60,999 bases of DNA. Origin: Gammaproteobacteria bacterium (GTDB lineage Bacteria > Pseudomonadota > Gammaproteobacteria > GCA-001735895). The position numbers and the translations under genes were made by a program. The DNA lies in the NCBI GenBank assembly GCA_050295575.1, contig JBNKPX010000006.1:1-60999 (forward strand), given 5' to 3'. This document shows, piece after piece, positions 25,621 through 35,143 of the stretch. The notes under the pieces are model-generated. The model ran no database searches. It saw only the letters and a program-made list of their open reading frames with translations, and had not been told where the DNA came from. How positions within the stretch are numbered: position 1 is the first letter of the stretch; every line of letters begins with the position of its first letter.

Positions 25621-27507
25621 ATGCGTATTCTACTTTCCCTGGTGTGTCTTATGCTGTCCCTGCCGTCTGCGCAGGCTCAGGTTGTGTTACAAAAATCTTC
25701 CAATATTGCTGGGCATTATATTATCTCTTTTGTCACTAAAGAGCGCCCGCTTCTGGGCCGAAACTCGGCAAAAAGCCAGCGCCAGCAGCAAATGATTGCC
25801 TTGCGTGCTGAACTGGATAAATACCTGGATAATTTAAAGAATGATCTCTCCAGTACCGACCTGAAAATTACGCATAAACTCTGGTTACGTCAGGCAGCCG
25901 CAATCACTATTTCACCTCAATATGAACCCAAATTGAAAGCTCTGGACTATGTGATTGATGTGAAACTTGATCAACACTATAAAGTTGAAACACTAGGTGA
26001 TCTTACGTCAGGTGATTACGTGGCGGATCAACTAGAGCGAGTTGATTTAGATGATCTTTGGAGTGCAGGTTACCGTGGTCAAGGTGTAGTTGTTGCGATA
26101 CTGGATACAGGTGTCGATTACAATCACGTGGATTTGAAGAGCCGCTGGCGGGGTGGGAGTAATAGTTGGTATGACCCCTATGGTGGTCTGTCAAACGTTC
26201 CTAAAGACTATCTGGATAATAGAGGTGTTGCACATGGGACAGCTGTAGCTAGTGTAGTTTTAGGGGGTAACAAGAGTGATATTTCTAGCGAACTTCCTTA
26301 TGGCCCAAAATATCTGGGTATTGCACCCCATGCCCAATGGATTGCAGCTCGGGTTTTGGATGATCAAAATACTCTAGAGAGTGCTATTATCGCCTCCCTG
26401 CAATGGGTGCTGGATCCAGATGGCGATCCCTTAACTGATGACGCTCCCGATATCATTCAGAATTCATGGGGTATAGCAAGTCTGGATAATCCCTGTAGAA
26501 ACCCTTTTGCAACGGAGTTGGCCGCTATAGATTCGGCTGGCATAGATCTTGTGTTTGCAGTAGGCAATTTTGGTGCAGGCAACGCAGCTTCTTCTTTTAC
26601 GATTCCGGCATTTGATAATCATGTTATTTCAGTTGGCGCAATTAACTCAAATAACACAATTTATGATGAAAGTAGTCGAGGCCCAAATACATGCAACAAT
26701 AACTCCACAACGCCAATTCCTTCTGTTGTAGCTCCTGGTGTTGATATATGGGCTGCAGATTCGACAAATGGAGGAGCGACGAGCAGATTAGGTTCAGTGA
26801 CACAATTGAAAGGAACATCAATAGCATCCCCTATGGTTTCTGGTGCTCTGGCCCTTTTACGTAGCAAATACCAGGCTAATAACCACCTGAGTTATCGTCA
26901 GTCTCTGTTTGACACAACCATTCAGTTAGGATCAAGCAAAGAAGATTATGACTTTGGACGTGGCCTGGTGCAGGCAAGTGCTGCCGCAGATGTATTACAA
27001 ACAGCGACTACTGTAACTTCCCCCACTGTTAGCGTCAAACCTTCCGAAGTAAATTTCAGCACGGCTAAATATGTTTTTGCCGAGAATACTTCTCCAGCAA
27101 CGGTCAGCATTACTGTTTTACGATCTGGTGACATAAGCAATGCGGCTTCAGTTACAGTGGTTTCAACTGATGGTACGGCTATCTCTGGCAGCGATTATGT
27201 GGCGGTAAATGAAGAGCTGAGTTTTGCTGAAAACGAAAGCCAGAAGACGATTGATATAACATTGATTGATGATTTCGACTCTGAAGGAGATGAAACCTTC
27301 AGCCTTAAGTTTGTTGTGCCTTATTCGAATGTTTCCCCCGGTTCACGTACCTTACCTATAGTTATTACTGACGATGAAAAAGCCGCAGAGGATGCCACTG
27401 TCGGTGGTGCTGCTATCAGTGTGACATATCTGTTGTTGATGTTGATGCTACTGTTTACTGGATTTGTGCTCCGTCAATTAATGCCGGGTAAAAAATTAAG
27501 CGCATGA
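25621..27507 (+). CDS. S8 subtilisin-like protease with Calx-beta domain and C-terminal GlyGly-CTERM-like anchor
   Basis: Catalytic triad in ILDTG, HGTAVA and GTSIASP. Calx-beta DGTAISGSDY...EGDETF. C-terminal GG, TM helix and basic tail. Confidence 0.9.
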   Translation: MRILLSLVCLMLSLPSAQAQVVLQKSSNIAGHYIISFVTKERPLLGRNSAKSQRQQQMIALRAELDKYLDNLKNDLSSTDLKITHKLWLRQAAAITISPQYEPKLKALDYVIDVKLDQHYKVETLGDLTSGDYVADQLERVDLDDLWSAGYRGQGVVVAILDTGVDYNHVDLKSRWRGGSNSWYDPYGGLSNVPKDYLDNRGVAHGTAVASVVLGGNKSDISSELPYGPKYLGIAPHAQWIAARVLDDQNTLESAIIASLQWVLDPDGDPLTDDAPDIIQNSWGIASLDNPCRNPFATELAAIDSAGIDLVFAVGNFGAGNAASSFTIPAFDNHVISVGAINSNNTIYDESSRGPNTCNNNSTTPIPSVVAPGVDIWAADSTNGGATSRLGSVTQLKGTSIASPMVSGALALLRSKYQANNHLSYRQSLFDTTIQLGSSKEDYDFGRGLVQASAAADVLQTATTVTSPTVSVKPSEVNFSTAKYVFAENTSPATVSITVLRSGDISNAASVTVVSTDGTAISGSDYVAVNEELSFAENESQKTIDITLIDDFDSEGDETFSLKFVVPYSNVSPGSRTLPIVITDDEKAAEDATVGGAAISVTYLLLMLMLLFTGFVLRQLMPGKKLSA

Positions 27508-29027
27508 GATATTTGTTTTCCCTTTTCCTGTTGTTGCTGGTATTTCAACAATCCTTTGCGATGAGTGAAGGTGAGTCGATTTACATGACCGGCATCGATG
27601 CACAGGGAAACAGGGTGCCTGCGGTACTTAATGATCTGGCTTCGGATTCAGCGCTGGGCTGTGTCAACTGTCATCGCGAATCCGGTCTTGGTAGCTCTGA
27701 ATCAGGACGTACCTATCCCCCTGTTTCCTGGCGTTTTCTGGGGCGCAACCAGCCGGAGGATGATTCTTCACGCTTTTATCATATACAGAATAAACGTAAG
27801 GCCTATGACGCAGATAGCTTTTATCGCTTGCTGACTACAGGCATAAATTCCAATGCTGAGGTAGCTGATGGCCTGATGCCAAAATATGCGTTAACCCGTC
27901 AGCAAAGCGATGAGTTGATCGCCTATCTTAAGACCATTAATAGCAGCGACGATGCTGGCGTAGATGGCGATGTGATTCGTATTGCCACTATTGTGGATAA
28001 GCGTTTACCCGAGTTGGAAAGAGAGCAGCATATTGCTTTTTTACAAGGTTTGTTTGAGATGAAAAACGGACTGACTCGAGGAGAGTTACGACGTAAAGCT
28101 CATTCCCCGGTACAGAAGATTCCTCAGTATGAGTCATTCCGAAATTGGGAGCTGGTGGTTTGGGAGTTGCCGGAAGATACTGCGCTATGGTCAGTCAAAC
28201 TGCAGGAATACTATCAACAGAATCCGGTTTTTACTGTGCTTCGACCGATGGTAGAAGATGACTATGCAATAGTAGGCGAGTTCTGTACCAGCAATAAACT
28301 GAGCTGCTTCTTCCCTTCGGGTAAAAACCTGCCCGCAGGTGATTTTTATAATTTCGTATTCCGTAATAGTGAAAAGCAGCAAGTCGATTATATCGCAAGT
28401 CAACAGCGAAAATTCTCGGGGCGTTTGCTGTATATCGATCAGAAAGGAGATATACAGAGGCTGACTTCTTCGATGACGAATATCCCAGTAGCAGAAAATA
28501 TATCCCTGGCTGAGCTACAGACCCAGTATGCCAGTTATTGTACCGAAGAAGCTGTGCTTCTGCTTAAGGCAGATATAGATCGTGCATCTGTATTGGAGAG
28601 GCTTAAATGTCCGCTTGATGCAAAATTGATTATCAAGCTAATACAGGGTGACTCTATCAATTATCGCTCGATAGTTGATTTTATGCGGGAGAATCCAGCT
28701 AGCCAGGTTTGTTGGATTAGTGATTATGCTAAGGTTTTAAAACGTAATTTTCGTAGAATAAGAGTCAATGCCATGGTGAGTCGGTTTAACATCAAGAATC
28801 CTGATGAGGAAGAGCTGGCAAAAACTTTGTTTGCTTATGGCCTGTTCAGCGATTCGCTGCATAAGATGGCGGGTAATTTTTCAAGAATTTATATGATAGA
28901 AATCATAGAACATATGCTCAATAGTTTTCTGAATTACACGTATTTTTCCTCTATTAGCGGAGCGCCTTATCAGCGATATATAGTCGGACCTTTAGAGGAA
29001 TACTGTCCAGCAGGTGAGAGAGAGTGA
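27504..29027 (+). CDS. Exported monoheme c-type cytochrome fused to an uncharacterised C-terminal domain
   Basis: Signal peptide, CVNCH heme-binding motif, MPKY (candidate axial Met), LIAYL helix, and ~350 further residues. Confidence 0.8.
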   Translation: MRYLFSLFLLLLVFQQSFAMSEGESIYMTGIDAQGNRVPAVLNDLASDSALGCVNCHRESGLGSSESGRTYPPVSWRFLGRNQPEDDSSRFYHIQNKRKAYDADSFYRLLTTGINSNAEVADGLMPKYALTRQQSDELIAYLKTINSSDDAGVDGDVIRIATIVDKRLPELEREQHIAFLQGLFEMKNGLTRGELRRKAHSPVQKIPQYESFRNWELVVWELPEDTALWSVKLQEYYQQNPVFTVLRPMVEDDYAIVGEFCTSNKLSCFFPSGKNLPAGDFYNFVFRNSEKQQVDYIASQQRKFSGRLLYIDQKGDIQRLTSSMTNIPVAENISLAELQTQYASYCTEEAVLLLKADIDRASVLERLKCPLDAKLIIKLIQGDSINYRSIVDFMRENPASQVCWISDYAKVLKRNFRRIRVNAMVSRFNIKNPDEEELAKTLFAYGLFSDSLHKMAGNFSRIYMIEIIEHMLNSFLNYTYFSSISGAPYQRYIVGPLEEYCPAGERE

Positions 29028-30553
29028 AGGTAAATATTCTCCCCATAGCCGGTAAGTATTTTAACTGGTGGACTAGCACGCTTAAATCCTGCCTGCCTGC
29101 CCCTGCGCATAAGTTATTTAAAAAATATAACCGGGATGTGGAACTGATAATCCAGCATCAGAAAGATGGTATCTATTTACAGGATGGTAGCGGTCGAGTG
29201 ATCGATTCAATCTCAACCATCGATATTGATGATGACAATAATGAAGGCCTGGATGTCAACCTGTTCGAGGCGCAAGGGGAGGAAGAGGCTGAAGTCGATG
29301 CTACTCATAGAGGCCTGTACGATCGTACGGAGGTTATTCATCATGATTTCAAGAGAAGGGAGCCAGCTATATCAGAAAATGAGTTGGACGAAGTCGATCT
29401 GACCATCGATAACGATGCCACCATTGTGCTCAACAGGGATGATAAAACGGTACGTTTACTGGGCCAGGTTTCAGAGGATGATACCATCGTGATTCAGGAT
29501 GATCAGGGAACCCTGCTGAATCTGGATTCGGACTCATCGACTGGACAGGATGGGGATAGTACCGTTCTGTATTACAGTGATCGAGGTAGAATTCGTGCTG
29601 TAGAGGCTAAAAAAGATCCTGCACTTGAACAGAATATTGATTTCAACCTGTTAACGGATAATCCGAAGAAAGAAAAACAGGAAGCTACGGGAGAAGATTT
29701 TAATCTGGCAGCCGGGTTGCTATCGAAATATCCAGGAAATAAAAAATGCCTGTACCTGATTCCTGATGACCAGATTTTTTCACTGGTCTTGAATTACCCG
29801 GTAGAGGTGCTGGAAAATATTGAAAATGTATTACGTTATGATCTGGAAAAACATATACCACTAAGCTTTCAGGAGATACGTTTTTTTTATGCCTTAAATA
29901 TCAAGTCAGGCACAGGAAAGGTGGATGTGGAAGTCATTGTTATCAAGTCTACAGTGTTTGATTTGCTAGAGTCAGCGTTTGATTCTGAACGTCAGCGCGA
30001 AATTATTTGTACAACCCGCTATTTCTATCAGCACTACGGCACAAAAATAAATATGCTGGGCAATCGTAAGGGTGAAAGCCGCAATACATGGTTGACTGTG
30101 GGGAATATGCATACAGCAATTAATGTCATTCTGCTGCTGGGTGTGTTTGTGCTGCCTTATCAGTTGCATTATAGCCAATTGGCTGAGATTCAACCAAAGT
30201 CAAGTGCAGAGATTAGTAAGGCTGGAAAAATTGTTTCGACCATTAATCAGCTAAATGCTGAGATACAAATCGGTGAGAAATTAAATACGCAGATCAGTAA
30301 GGATCGCCGTATGGTGGAATTGCTGGCTCAGCTGAGTGAGCATATTGCAACGGATGCCTGGATATCGAGATTTAGCTATAAAAATGGTGAGCTCAAACTG
30401 AAAGGTGAAGCAGTTTCTGCAACCAGTGTATCAGATGATTTAAATAACACAGGATTATTTGAAAGCATCAAGTTTATTTCGTCGATAATTAAAAATCCAA
30501 ATACGAAAAGGGAGGCTTTTGAGCTGTCGCTAAAAGTAAAGTCTGATGCATAA
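29024..30553 (+). CDS. gspL: GspL/PilN-like T2SS component with an acidic insertion
   Basis: Xps-type N-terminus FNWW...L...LP, central LRYDLEKHIPL, a TM segment and a PilN-like C-terminal domain. Confidence 0.78.
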   Translation: MKVNILPIAGKYFNWWTSTLKSCLPAPAHKLFKKYNRDVELIIQHQKDGIYLQDGSGRVIDSISTIDIDDDNNEGLDVNLFEAQGEEEAEVDATHRGLYDRTEVIHHDFKRREPAISENELDEVDLTIDNDATIVLNRDDKTVRLLGQVSEDDTIVIQDDQGTLLNLDSDSSTGQDGDSTVLYYSDRGRIRAVEAKKDPALEQNIDFNLLTDNPKKEKQEATGEDFNLAAGLLSKYPGNKKCLYLIPDDQIFSLVLNYPVEVLENIENVLRYDLEKHIPLSFQEIRFFYALNIKSGTGKVDVEVIVIKSTVFDLLESAFDSERQREIICTTRYFYQHYGTKINMLGNRKGESRNTWLTVGNMHTAINVILLLGVFVLPYQLHYSQLAEIQPKSSAEISKAGKIVSTINQLNAEIQIGEKLNTQISKDRRMVELLAQLSEHIATDAWISRFSYKNGELKLKGEAVSATSVSDDLNNTGLFESIKFISSIIKNPNTKREAFELSLKVKSDA

Positions 30554-31148
30554 TCTTTTCGGCAACCAGAATGTAGATAAAATTATCGCCCTGACGATAC
30601 TGGCGCTATTGTTGGTGATATCATATTTGCTGTTTTCCAATCTATATCTTTCAGGGTTGAGTGAGCTTAAATCGGAGATTGAATTGAGCCGGAAAAAAAC
30701 CGGTAAAGTGGATGGTATTCTTGCTAATGAAAAAAAATATCAGCAGGAAATTAATAAGATAAAAAGTGAGTATAAGCAGTCGAGAAATTTTCTAAATAGC
30801 AATCAGCCGTCTACTGCTTCATCAGAAGTTCAAAATAAAATCAAACGTATTATTAATTCTACTTCCAGGGCAAAAATTATCTCGCTGAAACCGTTTCCGG
30901 TGATACAGCATGAGGGATATAGTGAAGTGTCTGTTGAGATTCGTATGAAGGATATAGGACACAAGGAAATCAGGAAAATGCTGTATGCTATTGAAAGTCA
31001 ATTACCGCTGATTATCATCAAGGAGCTGGATATCACGCGTACGCAGTATTCCTACAAATCAATTCTTGGTGCTGCGGCAAAAGATAAAAATGATTTAAAT
31101 GTTACTCTGGTGGCGAGTGGGTTTTTCAGGGGGGCACGTAATCAATGA
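30546..31148 (+). CDS. gspM: T2SS protein GspM
   Basis: N-terminal TM segment, coiled coil, LYAIESQLPLIIIKEL, and position after gspL. Confidence 0.8.
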   Translation: MHNLFGNQNVDKIIALTILALLLVISYLLFSNLYLSGLSELKSEIELSRKKTGKVDGILANEKKYQQEINKIKSEYKQSRNFLNSNQPSTASSEVQNKIKRIINSTSRAKIISLKPFPVIQHEGYSEVSVEIRMKDIGHKEIRKMLYAIESQLPLIIIKELDITRTQYSYKSILGAAAKDKNDLNVTLVASGFFRGARNQ

Positions 31149-31173
31149 GAACCGAAGTCAGGCGACCTAAGCC

Positions 31174-31629
31174 ATGAAATTAATTTTCTCAGCAATTATG
31201 CTCGTGGTTATTGCTTTAGTGTATCTTTACCTGGCTGATTCATTATCAGAAAAACCAACAGTCACTCATGAATTAAATCTTGATTTGGGTAAATCCCGGG
31301 CTGCTGTCAAGAAGCTGGAAAGTATCAGTCATTATAATTCGATTATTGATCGACCATTATTTGTTGAAGAACGACGATTTGAAGAAGAAAAAAAGCCGGT
31401 AACAATCGTCAAACCTGTGGCAGTTATTGAAAAATTAAATGTTAAGGCTTTGGGTATTGCTCTTTCTGGTGAAGGGCTCATAGCCGTTTTGACCGATAAA
31501 AAAAATGGGAAAACCTTAAGGATGAGAATAGGTGAAAAAATCTACGGGTGGACCTTGAAGGGCGTTTCAGAATCCAGTTTTACTTTTTCTAAGGGTGGAA
31601 AAGAAAAGGTGGTTAATTTTAAAGAATAA
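31174..31629 (+). CDS. T2SS GspC/N-like protein
   Basis: TM anchor, IDRPLF...RR motif, GE-x-I-x-GWTL. Lies between gspM and gspD. Confidence 0.65.
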   Translation: MKLIFSAIMLVVIALVYLYLADSLSEKPTVTHELNLDLGKSRAAVKKLESISHYNSIIDRPLFVEERRFEEEKKPVTIVKPVAVIEKLNVKALGIALSGEGLIAVLTDKKNGKTLRMRIGEKIYGWTLKGVSESSFTFSKGGKEKVVNFKE

Positions 31630-31641
31630 TGGGGGGGGACC

Positions 31642-33738
31642 ATGTTACGTGTTAATAAGAAAAAGCATATTAGATGCATATTTACAATAGGGCTAATATC
31701 CTTATTTACATTTTTATCGGGCTGTTCAACGCCTAACGGTCCTACTTATAAGGTGGAGGTTAATGCAGCAGGGGTTCCAGAAATTATCACTTATAATGAT
31801 AAGGGAGAGAGGGTCGCTGATGGGGCCAAAACTAATTCACTGGGTGCAGTGTATAAGTATGGGAATGGAAAAATTGTAAATGCTCCATCAAAAAGGAACT
31901 ATAGCAAAAAAGCTGGTGAGTACAGTCTGGACTTTGTGAAAATTGCGATTGAAGAATTTCTCTCTATCGTATTTAACGATATGCTCGGGAAAAACTATAT
32001 TCTGGACAGTACCATCAAGGGTGAGGTGACGGTTCAGACCAAAGGTCGGGTGAATGCTACCCAGTTGCTCTCTATCGTTGAAAGTGTACTGGCTTCCAAA
32101 AATGCGGTCATGGTCAGTAAGGATAACCACTATGAATTTATACCTCTGAGCAAAGCCAAAAATTACTCCTTAAAACCTGAACTATACAGTGCCAGGAATC
32201 TGGAAGCCGGTTTCAGAATGGTCATCATCCCGGTTAACTATCTGAATCCGGATGATCTTAAGCCTATTCTGGACTCTGTTGCCCCCGGCGCAGGCCATCT
32301 TAAGATTGATAAGGCGCGACGGGCCGTCGTGATGACAGGTACCGCACAGGAAATAGAGAATGTTGTCAATGCAGTACAGATCTTCGATGTCAGCTGGCTG
32401 GCGTCGAAATCGGTTGCATTACTGCCCGTTATCAATACACAGGCTTCAATTGTCCAGAAAGAAATTGTCAAAATTCTGACTAGTCAGAACAAGGATAATA
32501 GCATCGTAATTGATACCTTTGAGCGCTTTAATGCACTACTGGTAGTTGCAAGCAAGAAGAATGAGGTTGAAGCGGTTAAAAGATGGCTAGATGTGCTGGA
32601 TGTTGAAGTGCCTACCGCCGATACCCAGTTATTTGTATATAATGTTCAAAATCGAAAGGCCAGTGAGCTGGCTGATATGTTGAACAGTATTTTTGGTGAT
32701 GCTCCTGCTGGGATAGTTGCACCTGGTAATGCAGGTAAAACTAACACTGTTTCCAACAAGGAAGTGGTTGTCAGTAATAAAACCACCGCTTCTAAGGTAG
32801 CTGCCAGAAAGGTGAGTGCTCAGTCTTCTGGCTCTAATCTTAAAATTGTTGCGGATGAAACCAATAACGCAATCGTAATCCTGGCAAAGAAATCTGAGTT
32901 CGACAGCATCAGGAAGGTCCTCAAGGACCTCGATACCCTGCCGCTTCAGGTCCTGATAGAGGTTTCTATTGTTGAAGTAACGTTAACCGATGAGTTAAGT
33001 TATGGTCTGGAGTGGTATCTGAAAAAGAATGGTGTTAGCGGCGGTAAGTATGACGTTGAATCAACTCTAGATGTGAACTCAGGTTCTGGAATTGGACCTA
33101 TATCGCCAGGATTATCCTTGCTGCTGAGCGGTACTGGAACCTTAGTGGATGCAGTGTTTAATACACTTGCTGCGGAATCAAAGTTGAATGTGATCTCCAG
33201 TCCATCATTAATGGCGCTGGATAATCATACCGCGACTATCCGCGTCGGTGATCAGCAACCAGTCCAGGTTTCTGCTGCCAAATCAACAAACAACGATGTT
33301 TTGACGCAGTCGATAGAATATAAGAGTACGGGTGTGTTATTGTCTGTAACACCCAGAGTGAATTCTGGTGGCCTGGTCACAATGGAACTGAGTCAGGAAG
33401 TGACTGATGTGGGTAGTATTGATGATGCTACCGGTCAGCGCAGCTTTTTGCAGCGCAATATCAATAGTACAGTAGCAGTGCAAAATGGCAGAACGATTAT
33501 ATTGGGTGGTCTGATTACGGAAAATGCCAGTAATGGTGAGAGTGGTATTCCTGGGTTACATAATATTCCTTATGCCGGAGGCCTGTTTGGTAAGACCTCA
33601 AGCTCCAAAATAAAGAGAGAGCTGATCGTGCTGATTACGCCTAAGGTCATTTTCAATCATCAGGATGCACTGGATATCACTCAGGAGTATGCTGAAAAAA
33701 TGGAATTACTAAAATCATCTCTTGATGTTAAACAGTAG
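31642..33738 (+). CDS. gspD: T2SS secretin GspD (predicted lipoprotein)
   Basis: Lipobox LSGC, N0-N3 domains, secretin motifs QVLIEVSIVEV, IPGLHNIP...GGLFG and ELIVLITP. Confidence 0.95.
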   Translation: MLRVNKKKHIRCIFTIGLISLFTFLSGCSTPNGPTYKVEVNAAGVPEIITYNDKGERVADGAKTNSLGAVYKYGNGKIVNAPSKRNYSKKAGEYSLDFVKIAIEEFLSIVFNDMLGKNYILDSTIKGEVTVQTKGRVNATQLLSIVESVLASKNAVMVSKDNHYEFIPLSKAKNYSLKPELYSARNLEAGFRMVIIPVNYLNPDDLKPILDSVAPGAGHLKIDKARRAVVMTGTAQEIENVVNAVQIFDVSWLASKSVALLPVINTQASIVQKEIVKILTSQNKDNSIVIDTFERFNALLVVASKKNEVEAVKRWLDVLDVEVPTADTQLFVYNVQNRKASELADMLNSIFGDAPAGIVAPGNAGKTNTVSNKEVVVSNKTTASKVAARKVSAQSSGSNLKIVADETNNAIVILAKKSEFDSIRKVLKDLDTLPLQVLIEVSIVEVTLTDELSYGLEWYLKKNGVSGGKYDVESTLDVNSGSGIGPISPGLSLLLSGTGTLVDAVFNTLAAESKLNVISSPSLMALDNHTATIRVGDQQPVQVSAAKSTNNDVLTQSIEYKSTGVLLSVTPRVNSGGLVTMELSQEVTDVGSIDDATGQRSFLQRNINSTVAVQNGRTIILGGLITENASNGESGIPGLHNIPYAGGLFGKTSSSKIKRELIVLITPKVIFNHQDALDITQEYAEKMELLKSSLDVKQ

Positions 33739-33759
33739 AACGCGGTTAGTGGCTTTAAT

Positions 33760-34407
33760 ATGAAAATTAAATCAGTTTACATCGCAGACACCGAGACAAT
33801 CTTCACTGACTGCCTGGCAACCAGTCTGGAGCTGACTCAGCAGTTTGAAGTGATTGGTATTGGCAGTAGTGGTTCGACGGCTTTTAACGAGATTCGCGAG
33901 AATATTCCTGATCTTGTCATAACCGATTTAAATCTGGGCGCATTGAGCGGGATTAACCTGATACGCAAAATCAAGGCTAGCGGGCTGCCTTCGAAAATTA
34001 TACTGTTATCTTCTGATATAACGCCACCTGTTATCCATAAGGCTCTGAGTGCGGGTGTGGATGGCATTATTCTGAAGTATGACCATTATTCCTTACTGCT
34101 TGAAGCGATCAGTGTTATCCACCAACGCAAATTTCTCAGTCCTGGTATATCCGATCCATTAGTGAATAACTTTCTGAGTTTTAATAGTGGGTCGTCTGAT
34201 CATAACAAGGTTTCCCCTCTATCTGATAGAGAGGAGCAGGTGGCAAAATTAATCGGCGATGGTATTAGTAGTAAAGAAATAGCGGAAGTGCTTTCGATTA
34301 GTGAGAAAACGGTCAGTAAGCACCGCAGTAATATCTTTAAGAAGTTACAGATTAAAAATACTGCCCAGCTGGTTAAGTATGTTTATGACAATAATCTGGT
34401 AGGTTAG
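33760..34407 (+). CDS. NarL/LuxR-family response regulator
   Basis: Receiver domain with PDLVITD. LuxR HTH LSDREEQV...ISEKTVSKHRSNIFKKL. Confidence 0.93.
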   Translation: MKIKSVYIADTETIFTDCLATSLELTQQFEVIGIGSSGSTAFNEIRENIPDLVITDLNLGALSGINLIRKIKASGLPSKIILLSSDITPPVIHKALSAGVDGIILKYDHYSLLLEAISVIHQRKFLSPGISDPLVNNFLSFNSGSSDHNKVSPLSDREEQVAKLIGDGISSKEIAEVLSISEKTVSKHRSNIFKKLQIKNTAQLVKYVYDNNLVG

Positions 34408-34459
34408 AACTTATTGATTTATTCGTCTTTGACTATGCAGTCGTAATTCTGAGAAAAAT

Positions 34460-35143
34460 ATGAATATATTACTTGTCGAAGATAATCATGACCTTGCGCT
34501 CAATGTAACGGAATTTTTTGAGAGAAAAGGTCATATCATAGATTACGCTGCGGATGGTCTGTCAGCATTGAATCTGGTTTTAAGGCAGACCTATGAGGTT
34601 ATTATTCTGGATGTCATGTTACCTGGTATGAATGGACTTTCTTTTTGCCAGCAATTACGTGAGCATTACGAACTTGATACGCCGGTCATTATGCTGACCG
34701 CCAAAGATACCGAAGAGGATAAATTAAAAGGATTTAAAGTGGGTACAGATGATTATCTGATAAAACCATTTTCACTGCCCGAGCTGGAAGCTCGCCTGCT
34801 ATCATTAATCCGGCGCAGTAACCGCCAGTTATTCGGTAAGAAAAAACTGATTGTTGAAGATCTGGAGTATTCACCGGACACTATGAAGCTAAAGCGTGGT
34901 GGTACCGAATTGTCCTTAAAACCAATCCCATTAAAAATCCTCATTATCCTGATGCAAAACTCTAACCGAGTGGTCACTCGGCAGGAGATTGAACAGCAGG
35001 TATGGAATGATGAGCCTCCCGATAGTGAAGTGTTACGCTCACACATCTATGCAATCCGTAGTGAAGTTGATAAAAAAGGCGATAAAAAGTTGCTTCAGAC
35101 TATTCGCGGTGTTGGCTACAGGCTCGCCATTGATGAGAGTTAA
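34460..35143 (+). CDS. OmpR-family response regulator, ColR-like
   Basis: ILLVEDN, ILDVMLPG and DDYLIKPF, with winged helix PPDSEVLRSHI...TIRGVGYRL. Confidence 0.92.
   Translation: MNILLVEDNHDLALNVTEFFERKGHIIDYAADGLSALNLVLRQTYEVIILDVMLPGMNGLSFCQQLREHYELDTPVIMLTAKDTEEDKLKGFKVGTDDYLIKPFSLPELEARLLSLIRRSNRQLFGKKKLIVEDLEYSPDTMKLKRGGTELSLKPIPLKILIILMQNSNRVVTRQEIEQQVWNDEPPDSEVLRSHIYAIRSEVDKKGDKKLLQTIRGVGYRLAIDES

Noticed and set aside
19408-33738. Type IV pilus or Tad system
   Set aside because: There is a canonical GspG C-terminus, a GspK-type pseudopilin and an N0-N3 secretin, and no PilT or PilM. This fits a T2SS.
34989-35132. 48-aa N-terminal extension of the histidine kinase
   Set aside because: It overlaps the response regulator in another frame. 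ATG 35133 gives a normal coupled start.
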